DNA of 64,000 nt from Camelus dromedarius (taxonomy: Eukaryota): the NCBI RefSeq assembly GCF_036321535.1, contig NC_087436.1, forward strand, positions 9,176,001-9,240,000. Direction: 5' to 3'. This document shows, in pieces, positions 37,900 to 49,675 of this stretch. The position numbers and the translations under genes were made by a program. How positions within the stretch are numbered: position 1 is the stretch's first letter; the number at the start of each line of letters is the position of its first letter. Below the pieces are notes generated by a model. The model was given only the letters and a program-made list of their open reading frames with translations. It had not been told where the DNA came from and ran no database searches.

Positions 37900-39930
37900 T
37901 ATTCAAGGCTCAGAGTCATATGCTTCACTGAACAATGGCAATTAAGTAATTCACAGACATCTAAAACACAGCACATCCCAAATTGAATACATCTATCACA
38001 CTGAAATCTTCTCCATTAATGTCCCTTTTTTTAATTGGGCGACTCCTCCATCCATCAGCGTTGAAGCTCAAAACGTGGTTGTAAGGTTTTAGTTCTCACA
38101 TGTCACTGTCTTCAGAAAGAATTCCTGATTCCACTCTCTGCATTCTTAGTTAGACATCCCCAAATTATGGTTAATTGCATCTTCAATTTCCTCAAAATTG
38201 CTGCCTTTATTATATTACATGCAATTCTATATGTAAGCATGTATCCTGTTTCCTATGCTATAAGCTTCATGAAAAACTTCATTACAAGATCTCTAATTTT
38301 AGCCCATAGTATAGAATCAGTACCTAATGAAAGTTGTGCTGAATTTCATGAGTTCAGGAATCTCAGACTTTTCTACATCCTAAATGGTGACCTTTCATAT
38401 AGGGGAGCCACAGTGTGCAAGTTGAGAGTGGGTTACGCGGTGGGGGGAGCGAGAGGGGGAATGGGGAGTCAAGAGTTATCGTATTGAAGAAGAAAGAGAA
38501 GAAGAAAGAAAAATCCACCACCATCACCAATAAAAAAAAAAAACCCCTAAGGAGTTATTATTGTCTACTAACTCAAATGAAAACTCCTGGATTTGCCTGA
38601 ATTACTCCCTAAGCTCCTACACAATTAAAATTGGACAACACATGTTTTCCTGAGCTTTGTAGGTTTATTTGTCACTGCTACGCACCTTATTCAGACCTGT
38701 CATCATCCATGAGACCTATATTAGATATCATCAATAATCCACCAGGACCTGGTTGCCTAACTGATCTCTTTGCTTCCTTTCTTACCTCCATTAAAGTGCA
38801 TTTCCCAACATAAGCTATAATTATTGTTTAAAAAAAAACTATGTCATATTATTTCTCTTCCTTGCTTAAAAATTATCTAGCTTACTTACTGTTGGTCACA
38901 GGTCCTCCCACCCACCCCCAGGCACACACATCTTCAAGGTCGGATGCTAGTTCTGTCCTTTTCTTCACCGAGTTTCAATCACTGAAGCATTCTTGCTGTT
39001 CTCTGAACAGAGGACGCTCATACTCATTTTAATGACTTCATATTTGATGTCTCTTTTACCCAAGTTTTGTTCCCCAGATTTCCTTATGGGTGAGACTTTA
39101 ACAGCTAGCCCTAAGGAGTGGACTTTTTTCTGCCTACCAACCCTGTATACTATCAGCTCTTACCCTTTATATTGTTAGGTGGTTAGATAAGTGGGGGCAC
39201 AGGGTAGATAAGGTGGAGGAGCGGGAGGAGGGTCCAGAAGATGGCGCTGTGCCCGTCTCCAGCACAAAGGGGCTTTACTTCCTCTAAATGAGTGCCAGCA
39301 AGAAACCGGTTAAAACCCGACAGCCACAACTGCTCCATAGTGAAAAGGACTTAACCGGGCATGATCCAAAGCTCACTGTACTATAATTAACATTGTGGTT
39401 TATCCCTCCCAACCCCCATGGGTTCTTCTGTGTGCATCACGGGTAAGGACGTGGGCAAAGAGGACAAACATGACTGAGCACTCCAGGGGCAAGAGCTGTC
39501 AATCAATCAAGAGACTGTTTATATCTCTAAGCGAGGGTCTAAGAGAAACGGAGACAAAACTACTGCTTTCCCTACCTTGGATCAGCCCGCCTCCTGTTCT
39601 TGGAGGTGCACTTTTCCTTTCCTAAATAAATTCTTTAAAATCTTTTGCTGCACAACTGAAATCTTACCTTTTGGGCAAGACAACAACTGGGGTCTTTTCC
39701 CTTTCCCTTTTGGAGTAACAATACTGCTACTTTTTCATAGGATATATTAAAATTTGAAGATACATTAATCATTCATTTATTCATTCACTCATGTCTTCTC
39801 CCACTCTAATGTCAGCTCACTGAGTGTAAACCTGACATATGTATGTTTCTTCTCTGTGGCTTGGATAACCGTCTTTAATGTAACTGCTTAAAGTATTTCC
39901 TGAGTGAATGCATTCATGTATTTGATAATG
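37900..39930 (+). mobile_element. Fragmented L2 LINE interrupted by the LTR at 39173
   Basis: cacagacatctaaaacacagcacatcccaaattgaa; tcttctcccactctaatgtcagctcactgag; aaagtatttcctgagtgaatg at the 3' end. Confidence 0.5.
39173..39720 (+). mobile_element. Solo LTR, ERV1-like, relatively young
   Basis: TGTTA...TAACA inverted termini, 548 bp, flanks ATAT/ATAC (3 of 4 TSD match), AATAAA at 39625-39630, TATA-like tttatat near 39518, many CpGs retained. Confidence 0.82.
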
Positions 39931-41596
39931 CGTTTGTTTGTTGTGCCTTTTCACTTTTTAAAAATCTACCCATTCTTCAAGAGTATACGGAATGCTATTT
40001 CTTTCAGAAACTTTATCTGATTTGCACAACTGCTGTGACACTTCCGTCCTTTGAACCACTAGAATTCTGTTATGATGCTCTTTTCTGACTCCATTCAAAG
40101 TTTTTTTGTTTCTTTCTTTAAATTCCTCACTCTAATCACTAGTGAACACCTCAGAGGTAACAACCAGGATATGCAAGTTTGATATCCAGAATGTGATGTG
40201 AATTTCTGACTCACAGTAAACACACAATCTAGAAACATATATACTTACTTATGTCTTTGTTGTCTACCCCTAAATGAGATTTTTGTCGCCTTTTTTTGTC
40301 CATTGCTAATCCTCATCTCCTCAACACAGGAAAGCCGAACAGAAAGCTGCTGAAAGAAGGAAAGTCTGCCCATTTTCTCACTAAAATTCAGCATTTCCTA
40401 AAATATTCTTTCACCTTGTCCATCAAAGTATTAACATCATCATCATCTGGTAAATGTATGTTAAGCCTGCTATATTTTGTTATCATCATTTAAACTGCTT
40501 AATTGATCAAGCAGAGTTCTAAGATTACTAGAATTTTAATGATGTCTAATTATTCATCAAATTATTAATTTAATATTCTATGAATGGCTTAGGAATAAAG
40601 ATAATATATCAGCTTCTAGGAATAGTGTGGTTGGAAAATGTAATATCTGAGAACAAGCAATACACCCTGAGAGTCATAAGTTTCAACCTCCTGACATGAA
40701 CTGAGATGTTTTATTTTGCTCTGTAAAGCCTTTTATGAGTCTTCGTCTACACTTACCTTTGGTAAATGTAGGTGAAGGGGATGTAAGCCAGGCTGACTTA
40801 AGAATATATACTTCAAACTCTGACTCAGGTTTGGAACTTTTAAACCAAACGTACATGAAAACACTAACAAAACAATACCTGTTAGTCACACATGGCTACG
40901 TATTCAGTTCCCCTTTGCCATGATCTTGTTAATGACACAAACGCAATTTATAAGATTTCAAAAAATTAAGAAAATGTATGCTCACGTTTCGGGGGTGATG
41001 TACAAAATGTGGCTATTTCATAGACACTGTCTATATGCCCATTGTAAAAACACAGATGGTAATGTTAAGCTGAGTTGTCTGCCAAACATGTAATCACTAG
41101 CAATTATTAGCTGAGTTGATTGTATTTGTTGAGTGGTTTTATTGAAGAAAAGTACAGAAATTGGCAAACTAATTTCTAGTAATGTGAGATTTCTTCCCGT
41201 CAGTTAAAAAAAAAAAAGATAGGAACTATGTCTTGCTTTATAAACAAAAACAATCAGCAGATACTAATTCATTTAAGGAATCTTTAAACTACTAACAGGA
41301 AAAAAAACTTGTGGCAAATAGAATAAATATTTCTGTGCTATAGAATTTAAATATTATACGCAGATACCAGTTATTTTACCTAAAAATAGAGACTAACCTA
41401 ATATAATTATCATAGACATAGAAATATATAACAAATACAAAAAGATGTTTTACATGAAAACAATTATACTTAAATTATATTCAGTCATGCACAGGAATTA
41501 TAAATAGCAATAAAATGTTACAAAATTTTTATGAAATATTTATAAATTGATAATATTTTAATAATATTGTAATATTTATCTTATAGAATGCTTCTT

Positions 41597-44500
41597 TTTT
41601 TAACATTTTTTATTGATTTATAATCATTTTACAATGTTGTGTCAAATTCCAGTGTTCAGCACAATTTTTCAGTTATTCATGGACATATACACACTCATTG
41701 TCACATTTTTTTCTCTGTGAGTTTTCATAACATTTTGTGTATATTTCCCTGTGCTATACAGTGTAGTCTATTCTACAATTTTGAAATCCCAGTCTATCCC
41801 TTCCCACCCTCCACCCCCCTGGTAACCACAAGTCTGTATTCTCTGTCTGTGAGTCTATTTCTGTCCTTTATTTACGCTTTGTTTTTGTTTGTTTGTTTTT
41901 GTTTTTGTTTTTTAGATTCCACATATGAGCGATCTCATATGGTATTTTTCTTTCTCTTTCTGGCTTACTTCACTTAGAATGACATTCTCCAGGAGCATCC
42001 ATGTTGCTGCAAATGGCATTATGTTGTCGGTTTTTATGGCTGAGTAGTATTCCACTGTATAAATATACCACTTCTTCTTTATCCAGTCACCTGTTGATGG
42101 ACATTTAGGCTGTTTCCATGTTTTGGCTATTGTAAATAGTGCTGCTATGAACATTGGGGTGCAGGTGTCATCCTGAAGTAGAGTTCCTTCTGGATACAAG
42201 CCCAGGAGTGGGATTCCTGGGTCATATGGTAAGTCTATTCCTAGTCTTTTGAGGAATCTCCACACTGTTTTCCATAGTGGCTGCACCAAACTGCATTCCC
42301 ACCAGCAGTGTAGGAGGGTTCCCCTTTCTCCACAGCCTCTCCAGCATTTGTCATTTGTGGATTTTTGAATGACGGCCATTCTGACTGGTGTGAGGTGATA
42401 CCTCATTGTAGTTTTGATTTGCATTTCTCTGATAATTAGTGATATTGAGCATTTTTTCATGTGCTTTTTGATCATTTGTATGTCTTCCTTGGAGAATTGC
42501 TTGTTTAGGTCTTCTGCCCATTTTTGGATTGGGTTGTTTATTTTTTTCTTATTGAGTCGTATGAGCTGCTTATATATTCTGGAGATCAAGCCTTTGTCAG
42601 TTTCACTTGCAAAAATTTTCTCCCATTCCGTAGGTTTTCTTCTTGTTTTATTTCTGGTTTCCTTTGCTGTGCAGAAGCTTGTAAGTTTCATTAGGTCCCA
42701 TTTGTTTATTCTTGCTTTTATTTCTTCTAGGAGAAAATTTTTGAGACGTATGTCAGATAATGTTTTGCCTATGTTTTCCTCTAGGAGGTTTATTGTATCT
42801 TGTCTTATGTTTAAGTCTTTAATCCATTTTGAGTTGATTTTTGTATATGTTGTAAGGGAGTGTTCTAGCTTCATTGTTTTACATGCTGCTGTCCAGTTTT
42901 CCCAACACCATTTGCTGCTGAAGAGACTGTCTTTATTCCAATGTATATTCTTGCCTCCTTTGTCAAAGATGAGTTGACCAAAAGTTTGTGGGTTCATTTC
43001 TGGGCTCTCTATTCTGTTCCATTGGTCTATATGTCTGTTTTGGTACCAGTACCATGCTGTCTTGATGACTGTAGCTCTATAGTATTGTCTGAAGTCTGGG
43101 AGAGTTATTCCTCCAGCCTCTTTCTTTCTCTTCAGTAATGCTTTGGCAATTCTAGGTCTTTGATGGTTCCATATGAATTTTATTATGATTTTTTCTAGTT
43201 CTGTGAAATATGTCCTGGGTAATTGGATAGGGATTGTATTAAATCTGTAGATTGCCTTGGGCAGTGTGACCATTTTACAATATTGATTCTTCCAATCCAA
43301 GAGCATGGAATATCTTTCCATTTTTTAAAGTCTTCTTTAATTTCCTTCATCAATGGTTTATAGTTTTCTGTGTATAATTCTTTCACCTCCTTGGTTAGAT
43401 TTATTCCCAGATATTTTATTACTTTGGGTGCTATTTTAAAGGGGATTGTTTCTTTACTTTCTTCTTCTGTTGATTTATCGTTAGTGTAAAGAAATGCAAC
43501 TGATTTTTGAACATTAATTTTGTAACCTGCTACCTTGCTGAATTCTTCAATCAGCTCTAGTAGCTTTTGTGTGGACCTTTTAGGGTTTTCTATATATAGT
43601 AACATGTCATCAGCATATAATGACAATTTTATCTCTTCTTTTCCAATTTGGATCCCTTTTATTTCTTTCTCTTGCCTGACTGCTGTGGCTAGGACTTCCA
43701 GGACTATGTTGAATAGGAGTGGTGATAGTGGGCATCCTTGTCTTGTCCCAGATTTTAGTGGGAAGCTTTTGAGTTTTTCACCGTTGAGTACTATGCTGGC
43801 TGTAGGTTTGTCATATATAGCTTTTATTATGTTGAGATATGTTCCCTCTATACCCACTTTGGCGAGAGTTTTTATCATAAATGGGTGTTGAATTTTATCA
43901 AATGCTTTTTCTGCATCGATTGAGATGATCATGTGGTTTTTGTCCTTTCTCTTGTTGATGTGATGTATTACACTGATTGATTTGCGTATGTTGAACCAGC
44001 CTTGTGTCCCTGGGATGAACCCCACTTGGTCATGATGTATAATCTTTTTTATGTGTTGTTGGATTCTATTTGCTAAAATTTTGGTGAGGATTTTGGCGTC
44101 TATGTTCATCAATGATATTGGCCTATAATTCTCTTTTTTTGTAGTGTCTTTGCCTGGTTTTGGTATCAGGGTGATGGTGGCTTCATAGAATGAGTTTGGG
44201 AGTATTCCCTCCTTATCAATCGTCTGGAAGAGTTTGAGAAGGACTGGTATGAGTTCTTCTTTGTATGTTTGGTAGAATTCCCCGGTGAAGCCGTCCGGTC
44301 CTGGACTTTTATTTGTAGGGAGGTTTTTAATTGCTATTTCTATTTCCTTTCTAGTGATCGGATTGTTCAAGTGTTCAGATTCTTCTTGATTCAGTTTTGG
44401 TGGACAGTATGTTTCCAGAAACTTGTCCATCTCCTCTAGGTTATCCAGTTTGGTTCCATATAGTTTTTCATAATATTCTCGTATGATATTCTGTATTTCT

Positions 44501-45431
44501 ATTTTGTTTGTTGTAATTTCTCCATTTTCCTTTCTTATTTTGCTAATTTGTGCTCTCTCTTTTTTCTTCTTTGTGAGTTTGGCCAGAGGTTTGTCGATTT
44601 TATTTACTTTTTCATAAAACCAGCTTTTGGTTTGGTTGATTTTTTCTATGGTCTTGTTAATCTCTATTGTATTTAATTCCTCTCTGATCTTTATTATTTC
44701 CTTCCTTCTGCTGCTTTTTGGGGCTTTTTGTTCTTCTTTTTCTAATTCATTCAGGTGGTGGGTTAAATTGTTTATTTGAGATTGTTCTTCTTTTTTGAGG
44801 AAGGCCTGTATCGCTATAAACTTCCCTCTTAGCACTGCCTTTGCTGTGTCCCATAGGTTTTGAGTGGTTGTGCTTTCATTATCATTTGTCTCAAGGTATT
44901 TTTTTAATTTCAGCTTTGATTTCCTCATTGATCCATTGTTTTTTCAATAACATATTGTTTAATCTCCATGCTTTCCTTTTTTTCTCCTTTGTTTCTCTGT
45001 TGTTGATTTCCAGTTTCATGGCATTGTGGTCAGTAAAGATGCTTGAGATAATTTCTATCTTCTTAAAATTGTTGAGGTTTCTTTTGTGCCCAAGTACATG
45101 ATCAATCCTGGAAAATGTTCCATGTGCACTTGAAAAGAATGTATATCCTATTTTTTGGGTGTGTAATGCTCTGAAAATATCCACCAAATCTAGTTTTTCT
45201 ATTGTAGTATTTAATTTCTCTGTTGCCTTGTTTATTTTCTGTCTGGAAGATCTGTCTAGTGATGTTAATGCAGTGTTCAAATCTCCAACTATGATTGTAT
45301 TCCCATCAATATCCCCCTTTATCTCTGTTAGTTAATTCTTGTATGTACTTAGGTGCTCCTATATTGGGTGCATATATATTAACGAGTGTGATATCCTCAT
45401 CTTGTATCACTCCTTTAATCATTATAAAATG
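41597..45431 (-). mobile_element. Young 5'-truncated LINE-1 insertion (3.8 kb)
   Basis: Perfect 13-bp TSD TAGAATGCTTCTT at 41584-41596 and 45432-45444, at a TT/AAGA endonuclease-type site. Contains 3'UTR, AATAAA and a short A tail. Lacks the 5'UTR and ORF1. Confidence 0.98.
41912..45431 (-). pseudogene. L1 ORF2p (partial endonuclease, reverse transcriptase, Cys-rich domain), frameshifted
   Basis: EN motifs NIYAPN, GDLN, SRIDH, TDHN. RT motifs [33 protein letters not shown] (43606-43617), YLGI. C-terminal [18 protein letters not shown]. Frameshifts near 45332, 44899-44905 and 43273-43276. Confidence 0.97.
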
Positions 45432-46435
45432 TAGAATGCTTCTTAAATTACTGAAAATACTTCTCTGAGGGCATTTTATACCAAATAAATAAAAGTGTTC
45501 TGTTCACCAGTGAAATACAAAACAGAAATTAAAAGTTATAAACAAAGAGAAACAATACATTTTAAAATGAGTCTTAAAATTAATGTTCTATTTACTATGT
45601 TTACTGTGGAGCATAAAATATCAAGACAAACTGGTAATGGAAATTTATGGAAAAAACGTTAAAATAATCAGATGCCTTAGACATAAGCAACAACCTAATG
45701 CACATAATGCAATGTTTTGCTTGGTTATTTATTTTTAATTCACATCAGGCCCTGTTACTGGCACAATGTTTTATATACTTACTCTAGGCAAGTGACGGTT
45801 CACTTAGCTGCACAATGTATATCCCGGAATAATCCTAGTTGACTTCACAGAGCTGCCTCTTCAGTTTCAGTTCACAGTTTCAGTTCACCCTGTCTTATTG
45901 CCCACCTTTGTGTTCAATTAATAGTCCTAGTTCCCTTGTTTCATTATCATTTTAACACTTAATCAATCCTAATTAAACCAGAGCTGAGGATTCTCAACAC
46001 TTTCTACCTCATCTATTGCAGAATTTCCTTTTTTTTTCTCCCCTACACATGTTCATTACGTTTGATCCAACCTTAACATTTTCATGAAATACTTTGACAG
46101 AGATGGATGACTGGACACTAATTCAACTTTAATTATAATTCAAGTCTATCTCCAAATAAGAAAGAGAAGATCTTACATGACTTGCTTCTAAGTTACAGTT
46201 ACAGTTGCCTGAAATACGCACATGAATTAGATTGGCAAATATTGTCATATAAGAAAAGATAAAATAGGCAAATTTTAGATTTTAGAGGAAGAGTTTGATG
46301 TGAAATATAAGGGAGGGATTTTATTATTTGGTATGTTTATGATTTTAATCATTACTGAAGTATTTTTTGAGCAACTCCTTGGGTCAGGTGCTGTAATAGG
46401 CATTGAGTATGTGGTAGTGACTGAAGAGAACATCT

Positions 46436-48748
46436 ACACCACATTAATAGAATAAAGGTCAAAAACCGTATGAAGAAAAAGCATTTGACAAGATTAAATA
46501 CGCTTTCACGGAAAAACTCTCAAAAAAAAAAAAAAAAACTAGAAAGAGAAAGAAACTGCATCAATATAGCAAAGGCCATATACAAAAGAGTACAGGTGAC
46601 ATCATGTTCAGTGGTTAAAGACTGAAATCTTTTCCACTAAGATCAAGAACAAGGCTAGGCTCTCTTGCCATTTATATTGAACATACTACTGGAAGTCCTA
46701 GACAGAGAAATTAGTCAAGAAAAGGAAATAAAAGCATCCAAATAGGAAAGGAGAAAGTAAAAACATCTCTGTTCACAGATAACATGATCTTATATGTGGA
46801 AAGACTTTGATTTCACAAAAACAAAACAAAGCAAAAAGCAACAACAAAACTTGTTACAACTAACAAACAACCTCAACAAAGTTGCAGGACACAAAAATCA
46901 ACATGCAAAAATAAATTGTGTTTCTATAAACTAACAATGAATCATCTGAAAATAAACTATGAAAATGATCTCATTTGCAATGGCACCAAAAACAATAAAA
47001 TACTTTGGAATAAACTTAAACAGAGGCAAAAGACTTGCCCACTGAATACTACAAAACATTGATGAAAGAAATTAAGATAGATACAAATAAAGAAAAAAAT
47101 CCTGTGTTTATGAACTGGAAGACTTAATATTGTTAAAAATGTCCACATTACCTCAAAGATCTACAGATTCAATGCAATACCTATCAAAATCTCAATGGAA
47201 TTTTTTTGCAGAAATAGAAAAAAAATCCTAAAATTTATATGAAATCACAAGGGACCCCAAATAGCCAAAACCACCTTAAAAAAAGAACAAAGTTGCAGGC
47301 CTCACACAAGCTGATTTAAAGACATATTATAAAGCTACAAAAATCAAAACAGTGTAGTATTGGCATAAAGACAGAAATGTAGAGCAATAGGAAGAATAGA
47401 GAGCCCAGAAATAAACCCTCACACATACAGTAAAATGATCTTCAACAAGGGTTCCAAGGCCACACATGGGAAAAGGACAGTCTTTTCAAAAAATGGTGTT
47501 GGAAAAATAAGAAAAATGAATATCCACATGGAAAAGAGTAAGTTGGACCTTTACCTTACACTATAAATGTGATTTAATTCAAAATAGATTGAAGACTTAA
47601 ATGTAAAACTGTAAACACTCCTAAAAGGAAATGCAAAGGAAAAATTTCGGACACTGGATTTAGCAGTGTTTCCTTTTGATGACAGCAAAGGCACAGGCTA
47701 TAGACAAGCAGGAATTCATCAAATTTAAACATCTCTGCACATGAAAGGAAACAATCAACTAAATGAAAAAGAAGCATATGCAATGGGAGGGAATATTTGA
47801 AAATTATGTAGCTTATAAGTGGTTAATATCCAGAATGAATGAATAACTCCTACAACTCAGAAACAAACTGATTCAAAAGTAGACAAAGGACTTGAATAGA
47901 TATTTCTCCAAAGAAGATATACAAGTGACCAGTGAGCATATGAAAAGATGCTCAACAAAACTTACCATTAAAGAAATGCAAGTAAAAACTATGATGAGAT
48001 ATCAACTCAGACCCATTAAGACAGTCACTATCAAACAAAACAAAACAAAACAAAACAACCAGAAAACAAGCATTGGAGAAGATGTGCAGAGATTGGAACT
48101 CTTGTTTCTAACCTTGGTTATTGTTGATAGGAATGTAAAATGGTGCATCTGCTATGAGAAACAGAATTGAGGTCCCTCAACAAATTAAGGATGTAATCAT
48201 GACATTATCCAGAAATTCCACTTTCAGGTATATACCCACAAGAACTGAAAGCAAGATCTAGACGAGATATTTGCTACCCAGGTTTATTGCAGCATTATTC
48301 ACAATGGTCAAGAGGTGGAAGTAACCCAGGTGTCAATCAATGAATGGATGGGTAAATAAAATGTGGTGTATACCTACATTGAGATTGTTTTCTGGCTTAA
48401 AAAAAAGAAGGAAATCCTGTTGTATGCTACAATATAGATGAACCTTGAGGACATTATGCTAAGTTAAACAAGCTACTCATGAAAGACAAATGATGTATGA
48501 TTCCACTTATATGAGGTATCAAAATTAACCAAAGTCATAGAAACACAGTGGAGAATGGTGGTTACCAGCAGCTGACATGGAGGGAGATGAGAGGTTGTTC
48601 AATGGGTTTAGAGTTTCAGTTTTTCCGATGAAAATGATTGAGATATATGTTGTACAACTATGTGCATATGGTTAACACTACTAAACTGTGCATTTTAAAA
48701 TGCTTAAGAAGATGACTTTTGGTTATGTATTTTAACTACAATTTAAAA
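46436..48748 (+). mobile_element. Older L1 (L1MA/MB-like), RT through 3'UTR, degraded
   Basis: aaaaagcatttgacaag; degenerate catalytic motif ctgttcacagataacatg (LFTDNM); ttctccaaagaagatatacaagtg; older-type 3'UTR; many stops. Confidence 0.92.
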
Positions 48749-49007
48749 GTTCATCCTCAAATTTATCCCTATCTCAGATTAGAAAACTGTTATTTTAAAG
48801 TATAGTATCTAGAAAGGGTTAAAAGTAGGATTCACATCGAATTCTGCCTTAATCTAACAATCATGATTTCTTCCACTCTCCATGCTGATGCAAGTCTTGT
48901 CTCTAAGGCAAAAGTTGAGGTTTATAAACTGGATCAGTGTATTAGTTTTTATTTTGTTTTGTTTCCATGGGTGAGGATAGGGGCAGGATACCTTAAGGTT
49001 GATGTGA

Positions 49008-49675
49008 AACTAAAAACAGACTTACCATATGACCCAGCAATCTCACTCCTGGCCATATATCCAGAAGGAACTCTAATTTGAAAAGATACATGCACTCCAA
49101 TGCTCACAGCAGCACTATCTGATAGCCAAGACATGGAAATGAGCTAAAGTTCCATCAACATGACAGGATAAAGAATCTGTGGTATATTTATACAATTGAA
49201 TACTATTCTGCCATAAAAAAGAATAAAAAAAATACCTTTTACAGCAGCATGGATGGACCTAGAGATCATCATTCTAAGTGAAGTGAGCCAGAAAGAAAAG
49301 AAAAATACCATACGATATCACCCATATGTAGAATCAAAAAAAAGAAAAAGAAAAAAGAAGACACTAATAAACTTATCTACAAAACAAAAAGGGACTTAAA
49401 GACATAGTAAACAATCTTATGGTTACCAGGGGAAATGAGGTGGGAAGCAATAAATTGGGAGTTTGAGATTTGCAAATATTAACCACTATATATAAAATAG
49501 ATAAACAAGTTTCTTCTGTATAGTACAAGGAATTATACTCATAATCTTGTAGTTGCCTATAATGAAAAAGAATATGAAAACGAATATATGTATGTATATG
49601 TATGACTGAAACATTATGCTGTACACCAGAAATTGACACATTGTAAACTGACTATACATCAATCAATTAAAAAAA
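49008..49675 (+). mobile_element. Lineage L1 3' end (about 670 bp)
   Basis: KTDLPYDPAISLL translation, 3'UTR and A tail. Flanked by aaggttgatgtga (48995) and aagactgatgtgg (49676). Confidence 0.93.

Noticed and set aside
37521..37945. Lys/Arg/Glu-rich and Phe/Leu/Ser-rich ORFs
   Set aside because: Products of a low-complexity polypyrimidine tract.
42414..43891. Plus-strand ORFs of 187 aa and 118 aa
   Set aside because: Antisense shadows of L1 ORF2.
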